A DNA stretch of 64,000 nucleotides from positions 26,250-90,249 of the forward strand of contig JAWBKB010000005.1 in NCBI GenBank assembly GCA_038831915.1, written 5' to 3'. The notes under the pieces are model-generated. The model saw only the letters and a program-made list of their open reading frames with translations, was not told where the DNA came from and did not search any database. Made by a program: the position numbers and the translations under genes. Of this stretch, positions 1-9,723 are shown one piece after another (position 1 is the stretch's first letter; every line of letters begins with the position of its first letter). The DNA is from Candidatus Caldarchaeum sp. GTDB taxonomy: Archaea > Thermoproteota > Nitrososphaeria_A > Caldarchaeales > Caldarchaeaceae.

Positions 1-96
1 CTGAAGAAATAAAACTTCAGCCGGTGTTGAGAGCTGAGCGCCCTCGGATCGCTCCTTCTTAAAAAGACCGTCCTTGCGGGCAAAACACCTCTGCAT

Positions 97-882
97 ATGG
101 CTGATGCCCGCACAAAGTTCCTCTATTTCATCTGGATATCTGTCCTTGCCTATGTTTTCTACGACTACATCCTAACCCTTGTTTTCCTTGCCGCAAACAT
201 TCTCCTGGCCTTCGCCGGCAGGGTTGGAAGACAGGTCTGCCTGCCACTGGCAGTTGTAGTTGTTCCATGGATGTCTCTCGCAGTTCCAATCCTGTCTCTC
301 CCGCTTGGTTTTCCATGGAACGAGACAGTTGTTTACAGGCTTAACATCTTCGGACTGGACCTTCCAGTTTATCTCGAGGGGTTGGCGTGGGGGTTTACGT
401 GGCCGCTTAGAATAGGCGTGACAATATCAGCCGCCATGTTGTTCTATCTTACTACGCAGCAGACGATGCTCATAGCCATGTTGTTTAAGCTTCGCATGCC
501 CTTCAAGTTCATCTACATGGTTGCTGCGACACTCCAGCTCATACCCCTGATGGTTGACGAGGTGAAAAGTATCTACCAAGCTCAGCTGGCCCGCGGTCTC
601 AGAACAGACGTCAGCGCCATGAAAAGGGTTTGGAACATGCTCCTGCTAATAGTGCCCCTGACACTCGGCTCGCTTGAAAAAGTTCAGACAAGGGCCATAG
701 CTTTGGAGTCGAGGGGTTTCAGCTCACCCGTCAGAAAAACCATGCTCTACGACATAAGGTTCAAGACTGTCGACTACGTGTTTTTCGCATGCATGACATC
801 TGCCACGGTCTATCTAGGATATCTCTACGTGACTCAAGGCTATTCACCATTTGTCCGTCTTCGGTATCTCCTGGCCGGGTAG
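97..882 (+). CDS. ecfT: ECF transporter transmembrane T component (EcfT/CbiQ family)
   Basis: Hydrophobic protein with the EcfT motifs AQLARG and ALESRGF; directly upstream of two ECF-type ATPases. Confidence 0.9.
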   Translation: MADARTKFLYFIWISVLAYVFYDYILTLVFLAANILLAFAGRVGRQVCLPLAVVVVPWMSLAVPILSLPLGFPWNETVVYRLNIFGLDLPVYLEGLAWGFTWPLRIGVTISAAMLFYLTTQQTMLIAMLFKLRMPFKFIYMVAATLQLIPLMVDEVKSIYQAQLARGLRTDVSAMKRVWNMLLLIVPLTLGSLEKVQTRAIALESRGFSSPVRKTMLYDIRFKTVDYVFFACMTSATVYLGYLYVTQGYSPFVRLRYLLAG

Positions 883-886
883 AGAG

Positions 887-1774
887 ATGCAAACAATCCT
901 CGACACGGTTAAGCATCCTGTAGTCGTGGAAGGCCTTAGCTACAGCTATCCTTCAAGGCCGAATGTCCTCAACGACATCAGCTTCACCGTCACCAAATGC
1001 GAGGCAGTGGGGATAATAGGTCCAAACGGCGCGGGAAAATCAACTCTCTGCAAGGCTCTCAACGGGCTGGTTCCCCATTTCTATGGGGGGAAGATGCGTG
1101 GAAGAGTTTACGTGGCAGGCATGGACACGCTCAAACATACGGTAGCTGAGCTGGCTACAAAGGTCGGCCTCGTTTTCCAAGAGCCCGAAACACAGTTGTC
1201 GGGTCTAGCGTTAACCGTTGAGGACGAGATAAGCTTCGGCCTATCCATGCTGGGTTTTCCAAAGAACGTAATAGTTGAGCGTACGCGGGAAGCTTTGGAG
1301 AAGGTGGGGTTGCAGGGTCTTGAGCACAGGTCGCCTTTCGAGCTTTCGGGCGGGCAGCAGCAGAGGCTGGCCATAGCCACAGTTTTAGCGATGAAGCCTG
1401 AGGTAATGGTTTTGGACGAGCCGACAGCACAGCTGGACCCTTTGGGCAAGGAGCAGGTTTTCGCCGTGCTCAAAGAACTTTTGATGAATGGAATGACGAT
1501 GGTCATAGCGGAGCATGAAGTCGAAGAGCTGGCTGTTCTTACCAACCGTATAATCATGTTGAACGAGGGGAGAGTGGTCTGTGAAGGCCCGTCAAGAGAC
1601 GTGTTGAAGCAGGTAAGTCTCATCAAGTCGTTAGGTGTGAACCCTCCCACCGTCACCGAGCTGGCCCATATAGTTGATAAGGAATGCGACCTCCAGCTTG
1701 AAGATTATCCACTGACCGTGGAGGAGGCTTTGAAAATCTTTCTGGAACATCTGCAAAGGAGTGGGAAGATTTGA
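887..1774 (+). CDS. ecfA1: ECF transporter ATPase A1
   Basis: Walker A GPNGAGKS, VGLVFQEPETQL, signature LSGGQQQR, Walker B VLDEPT; ATG at 887 preferred over the ORF-track start at 851. Confidence 0.9.
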   Translation: MQTILDTVKHPVVVEGLSYSYPSRPNVLNDISFTVTKCEAVGIIGPNGAGKSTLCKALNGLVPHFYGGKMRGRVYVAGMDTLKHTVAELATKVGLVFQEPETQLSGLALTVEDEISFGLSMLGFPKNVIVERTREALEKVGLQGLEHRSPFELSGGQQQRLAIATVLAMKPEVMVLDEPTAQLDPLGKEQVFAVLKELLMNGMTMVIAEHEVEELAVLTNRIIMLNEGRVVCEGPSRDVLKQVSLIKSLGVNPPTVTELAHIVDKECDLQLEDYPLTVEEALKIFLEHLQRSGKI

Positions 1775-2622
1775 GCTTGATAAGGGTTTGCGACGTATGG
1801 TATTGGTACAACAACGATGTCGTAGCTCTCAAGGGGGTCAGCCTAGACATAGATGCGGGAGAGACAGTGGCCATTATAGGCCAGAACGGTGGTGGAAAAA
1901 CAACCTTGGCCAAGCATTTCAACGGCCTCCTGAAACCCTCTAAGGGAGAAGTTTACGTGAAAGGACACAACACCAAGGAAACACCAATCCATAAACTCGC
2001 GTCCATAGTTGTATACGTCTTCCAAAACCCATCCCATCAAATCTTCATGAGCACAGTCTACGAGGAGGTTGCATACGGTCCCTTACAACAAGGCCTGCCA
2101 AAAAATGTAGTCGACGACAGGGTTTCCAAGGCTCTAGAAACCGTGGGCCTAATGGTGAACCCCAGGACCCATCCATACGACTTGGATTATGGGCAGATGA
2201 AGCTTTTGACCATTGCTTCAGCCATCGCGGTCGACCCTGAAGTGTTTGTCTTGGACGAGCCGACGACAGGTCAAGACCATCGGTCGAGGAGGAAAGTTGC
2301 GGAGATAGTCAGGCAGCTGAATCGGGCGGGGAAGACGGTTGTTGTAATAACTCATGACATGAGGTTCGTTGTCGAGACGGCTGCGAGGACTGTTGTCATG
2401 GTTGGCGGTCGTGTTGCCGCCGATGGTCCGACGCGAAGGGTACTGTCGGACGTGGAGCTACTGGCCAGCGCTGCGATAAAACCTCCTCAAACCGTTCAGC
2501 TTGCAAATGGGTTAAGGGAGTATGGATATGTCGTCAGCATGCTCACCTTAGACGAGGCTGCGGATGAGCTTAAACGTCTTCTGGGCTGCAGCCGCCCGTC
2601 TAGTCTGTCTCCAGCCCTTTGA
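1771..2622 (+). CDS. ecfA2: ECF transporter ATPase A2
   Basis: GQNGGGKT, VFQNPSHQIF, degenerate signature LDYGQMK, LDEPTTGQD, ITHDM. Confidence 0.88.
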   Translation: MSLIRVCDVWYWYNNDVVALKGVSLDIDAGETVAIIGQNGGGKTTLAKHFNGLLKPSKGEVYVKGHNTKETPIHKLASIVVYVFQNPSHQIFMSTVYEEVAYGPLQQGLPKNVVDDRVSKALETVGLMVNPRTHPYDLDYGQMKLLTIASAIAVDPEVFVLDEPTTGQDHRSRRKVAEIVRQLNRAGKTVVVITHDMRFVVETAARTVVMVGGRVAADGPTRRVLSDVELLASAAIKPPQTVQLANGLREYGYVVSMLTLDEAADELKRLLGCSRPSSLSPAL

Positions 2623-3574
2623 CCAAGCCGCCGAGGTTTCTGGCTTTTTTGTTTGAGCTGATGAATTCGTTGATTTCGTCGAAGGTTGGCATAGCCTCTT
2701 GTGCTCCTAGCTTTGTTGTGGCAAGGGCTGCTGCCACGTTGGCCAGCTCAGCTGCTTCATGGAGTTTCATGTCTTTGGAGAGGGCGTAAGCCAAGGTTCC
2801 GCAGAAAGCGTCACCAGCCCCGGTTGTGTCGACAGCTTTAACCTTCACACCTTTTAGATGAAGCGTTTCCCTCTCAGTCACGAGCACCACGCCCCTACTG
2901 CCCAAGGTTACCAAGACATTTTTGACGCCTTTTTTGAGGAGTTTCTTTCCTGCTGAGATGGCTGTGCTTACGTCATGCACTTCGACGCCTGAAAGGTACG
3001 AGGCCTCCAAGGCGTTGGGGACGATGACGTCAACTTTTTCCAGCAAGTTTTTGGGCAAGGCCCTCGCGGGTGCAGGGTTTAGCAACACCTTGACGCCAGC
3101 TTGGTTGGCCATGTTGACCGCGTGCTCAACTGTTTGAATAGGAATTTCGAGCTGAAGCATCAAGACTTTGGCGGAGGCTATTTCGTCTCTGGCGGCTTCA
3201 ACGTCAGCGGGGGTCAGGCGTTCGTCGGCTCCCGAAGCCACCGCTATCAAGTTACTGCCCTGCTGGTCGACCATAATCAACGCAACGCCTGTGTGTGCTT
3301 CAGGGTCTCTGACCACGTGTCTTGTCATGACACGTTCTTTATCCAGCCTTTCGACAAGCATCGAGCCGAACAAGTCGTTGCCCACGCGTCCTACGATGGA
3401 TGTGTTTACACCGAGTCTAGATGCCGCGACGGCTTGGTTCGCGCCCTTTCCGCCCGGAAATATCTGGAAGATTCCGCCTATGACTGTTTCGCCACGTTTG
3501 GGTAGTCTGCCCAGTTTAACGACGAGGTCGGCGTGAATGCTGCCGACCACAACAACCTCAGCCGGCGACACCAT
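2600..3574 (-). CDS. rbsK: Ribokinase (PfkB family)
   Basis: GSIHADL, PGGKGANQAVAASRLG, LNPAP and DTTGAGDAF PfkB/ribokinase motifs. Confidence 0.92.
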   Translation of the reverse strand: MVSPAEVVVVGSIHADLVVKLGRLPKRGETVIGGIFQIFPGGKGANQAVAASRLGVNTSIVGRVGNDLFGSMLVERLDKERVMTRHVVRDPEAHTGVALIMVDQQGSNLIAVASGADERLTPADVEAARDEIASAKVLMLQLEIPIQTVEHAVNMANQAGVKVLLNPAPARALPKNLLEKVDVIVPNALEASYLSGVEVHDVSTAISAGKKLLKKGVKNVLVTLGSRGVVLVTERETLHLKGVKVKAVDTTGAGDAFCGTLAYALSKDMKLHEAAELANVAAALATTKLGAQEAMPTFDEINEFISSNKKARNLGGLVKGLETD

Positions 3575-3802
3575 GGTTTATACCCTCCTTTACTCAAATA
3601 TGAGCCTCTTCTAGATGTGTGGCCCTAGTTGTTTAAGCTGAGTGACGCACCGGCTTTGTAACCTGAAGATGAGAACATGAAACAACTATTCATTAGAGGA
3701 CGGAGAAGCCAAATGAGACACGTAGGACAACTATGCTTGGAATAGGATGAACGTTTTGGCCGGCGTCAGAAAAGTGTTGTATCGTTTGACGGAGTGTTGA
3801 GG

Positions 3803-4175
3803 ATGGAGGGTGTTTTTCTGGAGATGATTTTTGCATCTTATCTTATCAGCAAAGGCCTGCGACCCGCGGCCTACAACATGACGTGCTCGTAGCCATGTAT
3901 AATGGCTATGGATACTATGAATATACAGGTCGGAGGAAGATTGACGCCGATAAAATTAACAGGTTTTTGAACGACACCTTACGACTCGACCAGCTTCTCA
4001 AAGAAAGTGTGGGCAAAGGGATTGTCGAGGTTGGTTTTGTGGCCGCCTGTGCTGAAAACGATTGGCAGCCCGAAGCCAAAAGCGTTTGAAAAAGGCAAGG
4101 AAATACAGGAAACTTAGCTACAACGTAGTACTACAGTCATCCAACGAACTGCTCATGAGAATCCATGGGGGTTAA
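3803..4175 (+). pseudogene. Frameshifted remnant of a PD-(D/E)xK / Mrr-like nuclease
   Basis: Pieces in three frames join into GVFLEMIFASYLISKG..N / HDVLV..YYEYT..IDADKINRF / ARKYRKLSYNVVLQSSNELL, the element order of Mrr-type nuclease domains. Confidence 0.45.
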
Positions 4176-4292
4176 GATCATGACCAGCCTATGTATTTGA
4201 CCCGCGTGCAAGCGGCCAGCCTTTCATGGTTTTATCTGACGCTGATTCGTTTGACAACCTCCAGCAACCTTCGTATTACTTTCCCTTCTGTA

Positions 4293-4366
4293 TGGACCGG
4301 GGGGGATTTGAACCCCCGACCTGTCGCGTGCAAGGCGACCATTCTTCCAGGCTGAACTACCGGCCC
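4293..4366 (-). tRNA. tRNA-Ala(TGC), intronless, CCA not encoded
   Basis: Reverse complement GGGCCGG-TA-GTTC AGCCTGGAA GAAT-G-GTCGC CT TGC AC GCGAC-AGGTC-GGGGG TTCAAAT CCCCC-CCGGTCC-A folds as a cloverleaf with the G3:U70 Ala identity pair; TTTTTAAA box about 25 nt upstream. Confidence 0.97.
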
Positions 4367-4544
4367 CATCGTCGTGTGAAACTAACTAACTTTAAAAAGT
4401 TTCTCGCCGTTTTCCGCCGCCCTTCAAAAACCTAAAGACCTTCGACATGTGATTTCAGAGAAATTCTACAACGTTAATTTTTCATCTCCCGACTTCGTAC
4501 CAAAATCTAAACAGGAGCGCTTACACAGCTGACCTCATTTTTTG

Positions 4545-4584
4545 TGCACTTGAAAGGTCCGGGGTTCAAATCCCTGCCGGTCCA
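4545..4584 (+). other. Isolated tRNA-Ala-like 3' half (att-site-like relic or split-tRNA fragment)
   Basis: TGCAC TTGAA AGGTC CGGGG TTCAAAT CCCTG CCGGTCCA; 34/40 identical to the 3' half of the neighbouring tRNA, in inverted orientation; no 5' half nearby. Confidence 0.8.
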
Positions 4585-4601
4585 TGTTTGTCGTGGGAAG
4601 G

Positions 4602-4736
4602 TTTAAATACGATGTTCGTTGCATGAATTCTAACTGAGGAGTGAGATTATTGCTTCGCGGGTTGTTTGTATAACCTGCTCCTCTGACGCGGCTTCCGTAG
4701 CTGTGGTTTTCGTCGTTTTTCCGGTGGGTGGTTTTC
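4602..4736 (+). promoter_or_regulatory. TATA box and structured leader with a Leu-rich uORF upstream of leuA-ilvBNC
   Basis: TTTAAATA at 4602-4609; uORF 4641-4673 (GTG-RLLLRGLFV-TAA); GAGGAG/CTCCTC stem; GCGGCT/AGCTGT hairpin followed by T-rich tracts. Confidence 0.45.
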
Positions 4737-6260
4737 ATGGCGTGGCGTGAATTCTTAGGGTTGAATCTACCGTCGAGAGTCGTTGTTTTCGACACTACTT
4801 TGCGAGATGGTGAGCAGACGGCTGGCGCGGCTTTACGGCCTCATGACAAAATACGGCTGGCCGAGGCGTTGGCTGATTTGGGAGTTGACGTCATCGAAGC
4901 TGGTTTTCCACCTGTATCTATGGGTGAGTCGTCGGCCATTAAAGAGATTTCATCGATGGGTTTGCCGTCGAAAATCTGCGTTTTGTCGAGATGTGAAAAA
5001 ATAGACATCGACGCCGCTGCCAAAGTAGACCCGGACTGGATACATGTTTTCATAGCGACTTCCGACATCCATTTGCAACACAAGCTCAAGCTGACACGGG
5101 AACAAGCTCTTGAAAAAGCCGTTACTTCGGTTGAGTACGCGAAGTCGATGGGCTTCACCGTGCATTTCTCGGCTGAAGACGCAACCAGGACGGAGATGCC
5201 TTTCCTTCTTCATGTGTTCAAAAAGGTTGAAGAAGTTGGAGCCGACAGCGTCGACATTCCCGACACAGTTGGCACAGCTGTCCCACTCGCCATGAATAAA
5301 ATTGTCAGCCAAGTTGTTAAGACTTTGAAAATTCCCGTCGCGGTGCACTGTCACGATGATTTTGGCCTCGCGGTCGCTAACTCTCTGGCGGGAGTTGAGG
5401 CAGGTGCTGAAATCGTTCATGGAACGATAAACGGTATTGGTGAAAGAGCTGGTAACGCGAGCCTCGAAGAAATCGTGGCCGCGTTGCGTTTTCTCTACGG
5501 TGTTGAAACTAACGTAAAATTTGAGAAGATTTACCGGGTTTCGAGGATGGTTGAACGACTTATGGGCATCGTTGTTCCCAAGAACAAAGCCATCGTCGGA
5601 GACAACGCTTTCGCGCATGAAAGCGGAATTCATGTTCACGGCATTCTCGGAAACCCCACCACCTACGAACCAGTCATGCCAGAGATTTTCGGCAGACGCC
5701 GACGCATCGTTTTCGGCAAACATTCGGGTATTCATGGGCTTGAAGCATTCCTGAAAGAATACGGGTTCACGGTGGAAAAAGAAAAGGTTTCGACAATCCT
5801 GAGGAAAATTAAAGAGCATGCTGACCAAGGCGGGAAAGTTTCGGAGGAAACGGTTCTTTCTTATGCTCAAGAGGTTTATGGTCGCCGAAGCGTCCACCGT
5901 TCCTTCGTGAAAAATTTGTTCTTGATGTTGGCTGGAAATGTTTTCAAGGCTGAAGTGGATTTGATGATGGCGGGTGAACCTGTTTCAGGCGTTGGCGAAG
6001 GTTCTTCAGCTGTGGAAGCCGCCTTGAAAGCAGTTTCAAACGCTTTGCGGAAAATCATTGAAATGGACATCGTCGACGTCAAGGTTCACACACCTTATGG
6101 CGGAAGTCACAGCTCCGAGGCTGAGGTAACGATTTCCTGTAGAGGCGGTGAATTCGTTGGAAGAGGCATTGGCTCCGACCCGTCGATTGCTGTTGTCTGG
6201 GCTGTCACCAGTGCGGCGCATCAGCTTTTGTTTGACCGACGGAGGTTGGAGGCTGAATGA
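4728..6260 (+). CDS. leuA: 2-isopropylmalate synthase / citramalate synthase (DRE-TIM family with C-terminal regulatory domain)
   Basis: DTTLRDGEQ, VIEAGFP, HCHDDFGLAVAN, GIGERAGN, AHESGIH; the true start may be ATG 4737. Confidence 0.88.
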   Translation: MVFMAWREFLGLNLPSRVVVFDTTLRDGEQTAGAALRPHDKIRLAEALADLGVDVIEAGFPPVSMGESSAIKEISSMGLPSKICVLSRCEKIDIDAAAKVDPDWIHVFIATSDIHLQHKLKLTREQALEKAVTSVEYAKSMGFTVHFSAEDATRTEMPFLLHVFKKVEEVGADSVDIPDTVGTAVPLAMNKIVSQVVKTLKIPVAVHCHDDFGLAVANSLAGVEAGAEIVHGTINGIGERAGNASLEEIVAALRFLYGVETNVKFEKIYRVSRMVERLMGIVVPKNKAIVGDNAFAHESGIHVHGILGNPTTYEPVMPEIFGRRRRIVFGKHSGIHGLEAFLKEYGFTVEKEKVSTILRKIKEHADQGGKVSEETVLSYAQEVYGRRSVHRSFVKNLFLMLAGNVFKAEVDLMMAGEPVSGVGEGSSAVEAALKAVSNALRKIIEMDIVDVKVHTPYGGSHSSEAEVTISCRGGEFVGRGIGSDPSIAVVWAVTSAAHQLLFDRRRLEAE

Positions 6261-7987
6261 GGGCGGCTGACGCGCTGGTCAAGGCTATGGAGAAGCGGGG
6301 AGTCGAATATGTTTTCGGCATTCCCGGCGGGGCTAACATGCCTTTCTATGACGCTTTGAAGGATTCTGATATTCGGAGCGTGTTGGTGCGTCATGAGCAG
6401 CAGGCGGTTCACGCGGCTGAAGGATATGCACGGGTTAAGGGAAGGCCGGGAGTGTGCAGCGGAACTTCGGGCCCTGGTGCTACCAACCTGATCACAGGGC
6501 TTGTCGACGCCTACATGGACAGCACTCCCGTGGTAGCGATAACTGGGCAGGTTGTCCGAGCGTTTATGGGGACCGATGCTTTTCAGGAAGCCGACATCGT
6601 CGGCCTCGTTTTACCGCACATCAAATACGCTGTAACCGTGAAAGACCCTCACCGCGTGGTGCAGGAATTCGTTAACGCCTACAGCATCGCCGCCAACCTT
6701 AGGCCCGGGCCAACGCTCATCGACCTTCCACGCGACGTTCAGCTAGAAGAAGTAGAGAACCAAATCGACGTAAAGCCCGAACCGCTTTTCGCGAAACCAC
6801 TTCCCGAACCCGACATCGAATCAATCAAAAGGGCTGCGACGCTGATAGCGGAGTCGGAGAAACCCGTGGTGTTGGTGGGCGGTGGAGGGGTTTACAGCAT
6901 GGCAGGCCGTGAAATTCTTGAGCTCGCTGAACACATCGCGGCTCCGATTGTGTTGACCACGATGGGCAAGGGAGCTGTCCCCGAAGACCATCCACTTGTC
7001 CTCGGAGTCGTCGGCATGCATGGAAGGGTAGAAGCCGACCTCGCCGTCATCGAATCAGACCTCGTAATCTGCGTCGGAACCCGTCTATCTGACAGAGCCA
7101 TCGGGCCCGCGAAAGATTTCGAGAAAAACCGTAAAATCATCCACATAGACATCGACACCAGCGAATTCGGCAAAAACGTGAAGCCGACGGTTTCTCTTCC
7201 CGGTGATTGTCGACGTGTTCTGGCGGAGCTCGTCGAATACACGAAACATGTAGTCGCTAAAAGGCCTGAAAGCATGTTGGCGAAAAAACTGCGTGAAATC
7301 GGGCAGGCGTATGATGAATACATGATGTCGCTCGACGACGGAACTATTCTTCATTCATGGAAAGTAGTTTCGCTTTTGACGGATGCCCTTCCGCCAGACA
7401 CAATCGTAACAACCGGCGTTGGCCAGCATCAAATGTGGGCTCAGCTTTTCTGGAAGAACCGTGCCCCTCGCACTTGGATTACGAGCGGAGGGCTGGGCAC
7501 GATGGGTTTCGGGCTTCCAGCGGCTTTTGGGGCGAAGGCAGCTGCTCCTGATAGAGTTGTAGTTGACCTCGACGGTGACGGCAGCTTCTTGATGACTTGT
7601 CAAACGCTTGCATGCGTGGCTGACTACGACCTGCCTGTTATCACGGTTATCTTCGACAACCGTTCGCTGGGAATGGTGAAACAGTGGCAGGACATGTTCT
7701 ACAACAAACGTTACAAAGACGTTGAATACAACGACCGCACAGATTTGGTTAAGCTTTCCGAGGCTTTCGGCGTGGAGGCGGTCAGGGTTGAAAGCTATGA
7801 TGAACTGCTGAAAGTGGTTACACGGGCTGCGAGAACAAATACCGCTTTGACAGTCGATGTTCCAGTCGACGTTGGCGAGCTCGTGTTCCCGATGGTTCCG
7901 CCGGGTAAATGGCTGGAGGACGTGAAGCTTCCGCCCGGTTTTGACCTTAGCCAGCGAGTTGTCGCAGCAGGCAAAACAACAGCGTGA
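6257..7987 (+). CDS. ilvB: Acetolactate synthase large subunit
   Basis: FGIPGG, RHEQ, TSGPGATN, TDAFQE, GVGQHQMW, SGGLGTMGFGLPAA, ThDP motif GDGS...N. Confidence 0.95.
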   Translation: MRAADALVKAMEKRGVEYVFGIPGGANMPFYDALKDSDIRSVLVRHEQQAVHAAEGYARVKGRPGVCSGTSGPGATNLITGLVDAYMDSTPVVAITGQVVRAFMGTDAFQEADIVGLVLPHIKYAVTVKDPHRVVQEFVNAYSIAANLRPGPTLIDLPRDVQLEEVENQIDVKPEPLFAKPLPEPDIESIKRAATLIAESEKPVVLVGGGGVYSMAGREILELAEHIAAPIVLTTMGKGAVPEDHPLVLGVVGMHGRVEADLAVIESDLVICVGTRLSDRAIGPAKDFEKNRKIIHIDIDTSEFGKNVKPTVSLPGDCRRVLAELVEYTKHVVAKRPESMLAKKLREIGQAYDEYMMSLDDGTILHSWKVVSLLTDALPPDTIVTTGVGQHQMWAQLFWKNRAPRTWITSGGLGTMGFGLPAAFGAKAAAPDRVVVDLDGDGSFLMTCQTLACVADYDLPVITVIFDNRSLGMVKQWQDMFYNKRYKDVEYNDRTDLVKLSEAFGVEAVRVESYDELLKVVTRAARTNTALTVDVPVDVGELVFPMVPPGKWLEDVKLPPGFDLSQRVVAAGKTTA

Positions 7988-8232
7988 AGCCCACAATGAA
8001 ATTTATTGTTTTCGTGGAGCTCGTCAACAGCCACGACGCGGTTGCGAAAATGCTGCTCACGGTAAAACAAGGCAACCTCAACATAGAATCCATAAACATC
8101 CACCGCACCGACGGTAACACGCTTGCCGCCATCATGCTTCTCGAAGGTGAAGAAAGAAAAGCCGAATGGCTCACCAACAAACTCCTCAACTTCCCCTACT
8201 ACCGTTCAGCCAGCCTTCTAAAACAAGTCTAA
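7984..8232 (+). CDS. ilvN: Acetolactate synthase small (ACT) subunit
   Basis: 82-aa ACT-like protein with NIESI motif, lying between ilvB and ilvC. Confidence 0.75.
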   Translation: MKPTMKFIVFVELVNSHDAVAKMLLTVKQGNLNIESINIHRTDGNTLAAIMLLEGEERKAEWLTNKLLNFPYYRSASLLKQV

Positions 8233-8258
8233 TACCGACCATGTAGGGATAACTAGCC

Positions 8259-9236
8259 ATGAAAGTGTACTACGACGCCGATATTTCGCTTGACGTTTTG
8301 AAGAATAAGACTATCGCTGTCATAGGCTACGGCAGCCAAGGATGTGCACAGGCCTTGAACATGCGTGATTCCGGGCTTGACGTCGTGGTGGGTCTCCGTG
8401 AAGGAGGCTCTTCATGGCAAAAAGCTGTGGAAGACGGGTTTAAACCGTTGACGATTGAAGAAGCTTCGCGTCAAGGAGACGTCATTCACATTCTCATCCC
8501 CGACCCTGAACAACCGCTTCTCTACCGGGAAAAAATCAGACAACATCTCCGCGAAGGTAAAACACTCGGTTTCTCACATGGATACAACATTCACTACCGT
8601 CAGATTGTTCCGCCGCCGAATGTTGATGTGGTGTTGATGGCTCCTAAATCACCGGGGCCGCGGATGCGTGAACTTTATCTGCAGGGGAAAGGCGTGCCCG
8701 CGCTCGTCGGTGTTGCCCAGAACTACACGGGCAAAGCTCTTGAGACAGCGTTGGCGATGGCGAAGGCGAACGGCTGTTCAAGAGCCGGAGTGATTGAAAC
8801 AACTTTCAAGGACGAAACCGAGACTGACCTTTTCGGCGAGCAGGCTGTTCTCGTCGGCGGCGTTATGGAGCTTATCCGCAACGGCTTCGAAGTTCTGGTG
8901 GAAAACGGCTACCCACCCGAGCTCGCATACTTCGAAGTGTTGAACGAGTTGAAGCTTATCGTCGACCTCATCTACCAAGGCGGGATGACTCATATGCTTA
9001 AGGCTGTTTCAGACACGGCTAAGTATGGAGGCCTGACTGTTGGTCCTCAAATCGTCGACAACCATGTCAGGCAGAACATGGAGAAAGCACTCGCCCGCAT
9101 CAGGTCAGGCGAATTCGTGGAAACATGGACAGGAAACCCAAACGCCTACGAAACACTCAACGAACTCATGAAGAAAATAAGCGAACATCCGATAGAAAAA
9201 GTCGGCGAAAAAATCCGCAAAATGGCGAACATCTAA
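8259..9236 (+). CDS. ilvC: Ketol-acid reductoisomerase
   Basis: [50 protein letters not shown]. Confidence 0.97.
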   Translation: MKVYYDADISLDVLKNKTIAVIGYGSQGCAQALNMRDSGLDVVVGLREGGSSWQKAVEDGFKPLTIEEASRQGDVIHILIPDPEQPLLYREKIRQHLREGKTLGFSHGYNIHYRQIVPPPNVDVVLMAPKSPGPRMRELYLQGKGVPALVGVAQNYTGKALETALAMAKANGCSRAGVIETTFKDETETDLFGEQAVLVGGVMELIRNGFEVLVENGYPPELAYFEVLNELKLIVDLIYQGGMTHMLKAVSDTAKYGGLTVGPQIVDNHVRQNMEKALARIRSGEFVETWTGNPNAYETLNELMKKISEHPIEKVGEKIRKMANI

Positions 9237-9715
9237 ATTTTTTCGAACCGTCTGTAGAGATAAATCACTTTCCCGTGTTTTTTCTCTGCTTCGGATGGAA
9301 TTAGGCCCGGAATTCGGAAATCATGTGAAACTATGCGGGCGCCGCGTCGTAGAGCGTTTTCAAGCCTAGGCCTGACCTGTGTGAGTAGGTCTGGTGTTAA
9401 GTAGAGGGTTATTACGTCGACGTTTTCGATGTTTGCTCGAGTCAGGTCAGCTTGGATGACTTGGACGTATTCGTCGAGGCGTTTGATTTTCGCCGATTGT
9501 CTGACGTGGTTGACGAGTGCAGGCCTGATTTCATATCCTATTGCATGGGCTTTATATCGTTCAGCTGCCGTGAAAAGAATTCTGCCATCGCCGCATCCGA
9601 GGTCCACGACGGTCTCTCCTTCATCTACTCCCGCGAGGTCGAGCATGTGGTAAACCACCGGCATAGGTGTGGGCACGAACGGAACAAGTTTCCTCATTTC
9701 CCACACCTCCGGCAC
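9233..9715 (-). CDS. Class I SAM-dependent methyltransferase
   Basis: [29 protein letters not shown]. Confidence 0.85.
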   Translation of the reverse strand: MPEVWEMRKLVPFVPTPMPVVYHMLDLAGVDEGETVVDLGCGDGRILFTAAERYKAHAIGYEIRPALVNHVRQSAKIKRLDEYVQVIQADLTRANIENVDVITLYLTPDLLTQVRPRLENALRRGARIVSHDFRIPGLIPSEAEKKHGKVIYLYRRFEKI

Positions 9716-9723
9716 CGGAAAAA

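Noticed and set aside
4226-4435. ORFs overlapping the tRNA and the tRNA fragment (also 4535-4795)
   Set aside because: Translations of tRNA sequence, not proteins.
4623-4673. In-frame ATG AAT TCT AAC TGA ahead of the Leu-rich uORF, suggesting UGA readthrough
   Set aside because: The ATG lies upstream of the predicted transcription start and no recoding signal is evident.
4950-5897. 315-aa antisense ORF, and similar ones at 7355-7996, 33923-34573 and 60516-61100
   Set aside because: They lie opposite well-supported genes, carry no motifs, and are expected shadows of codon bias.
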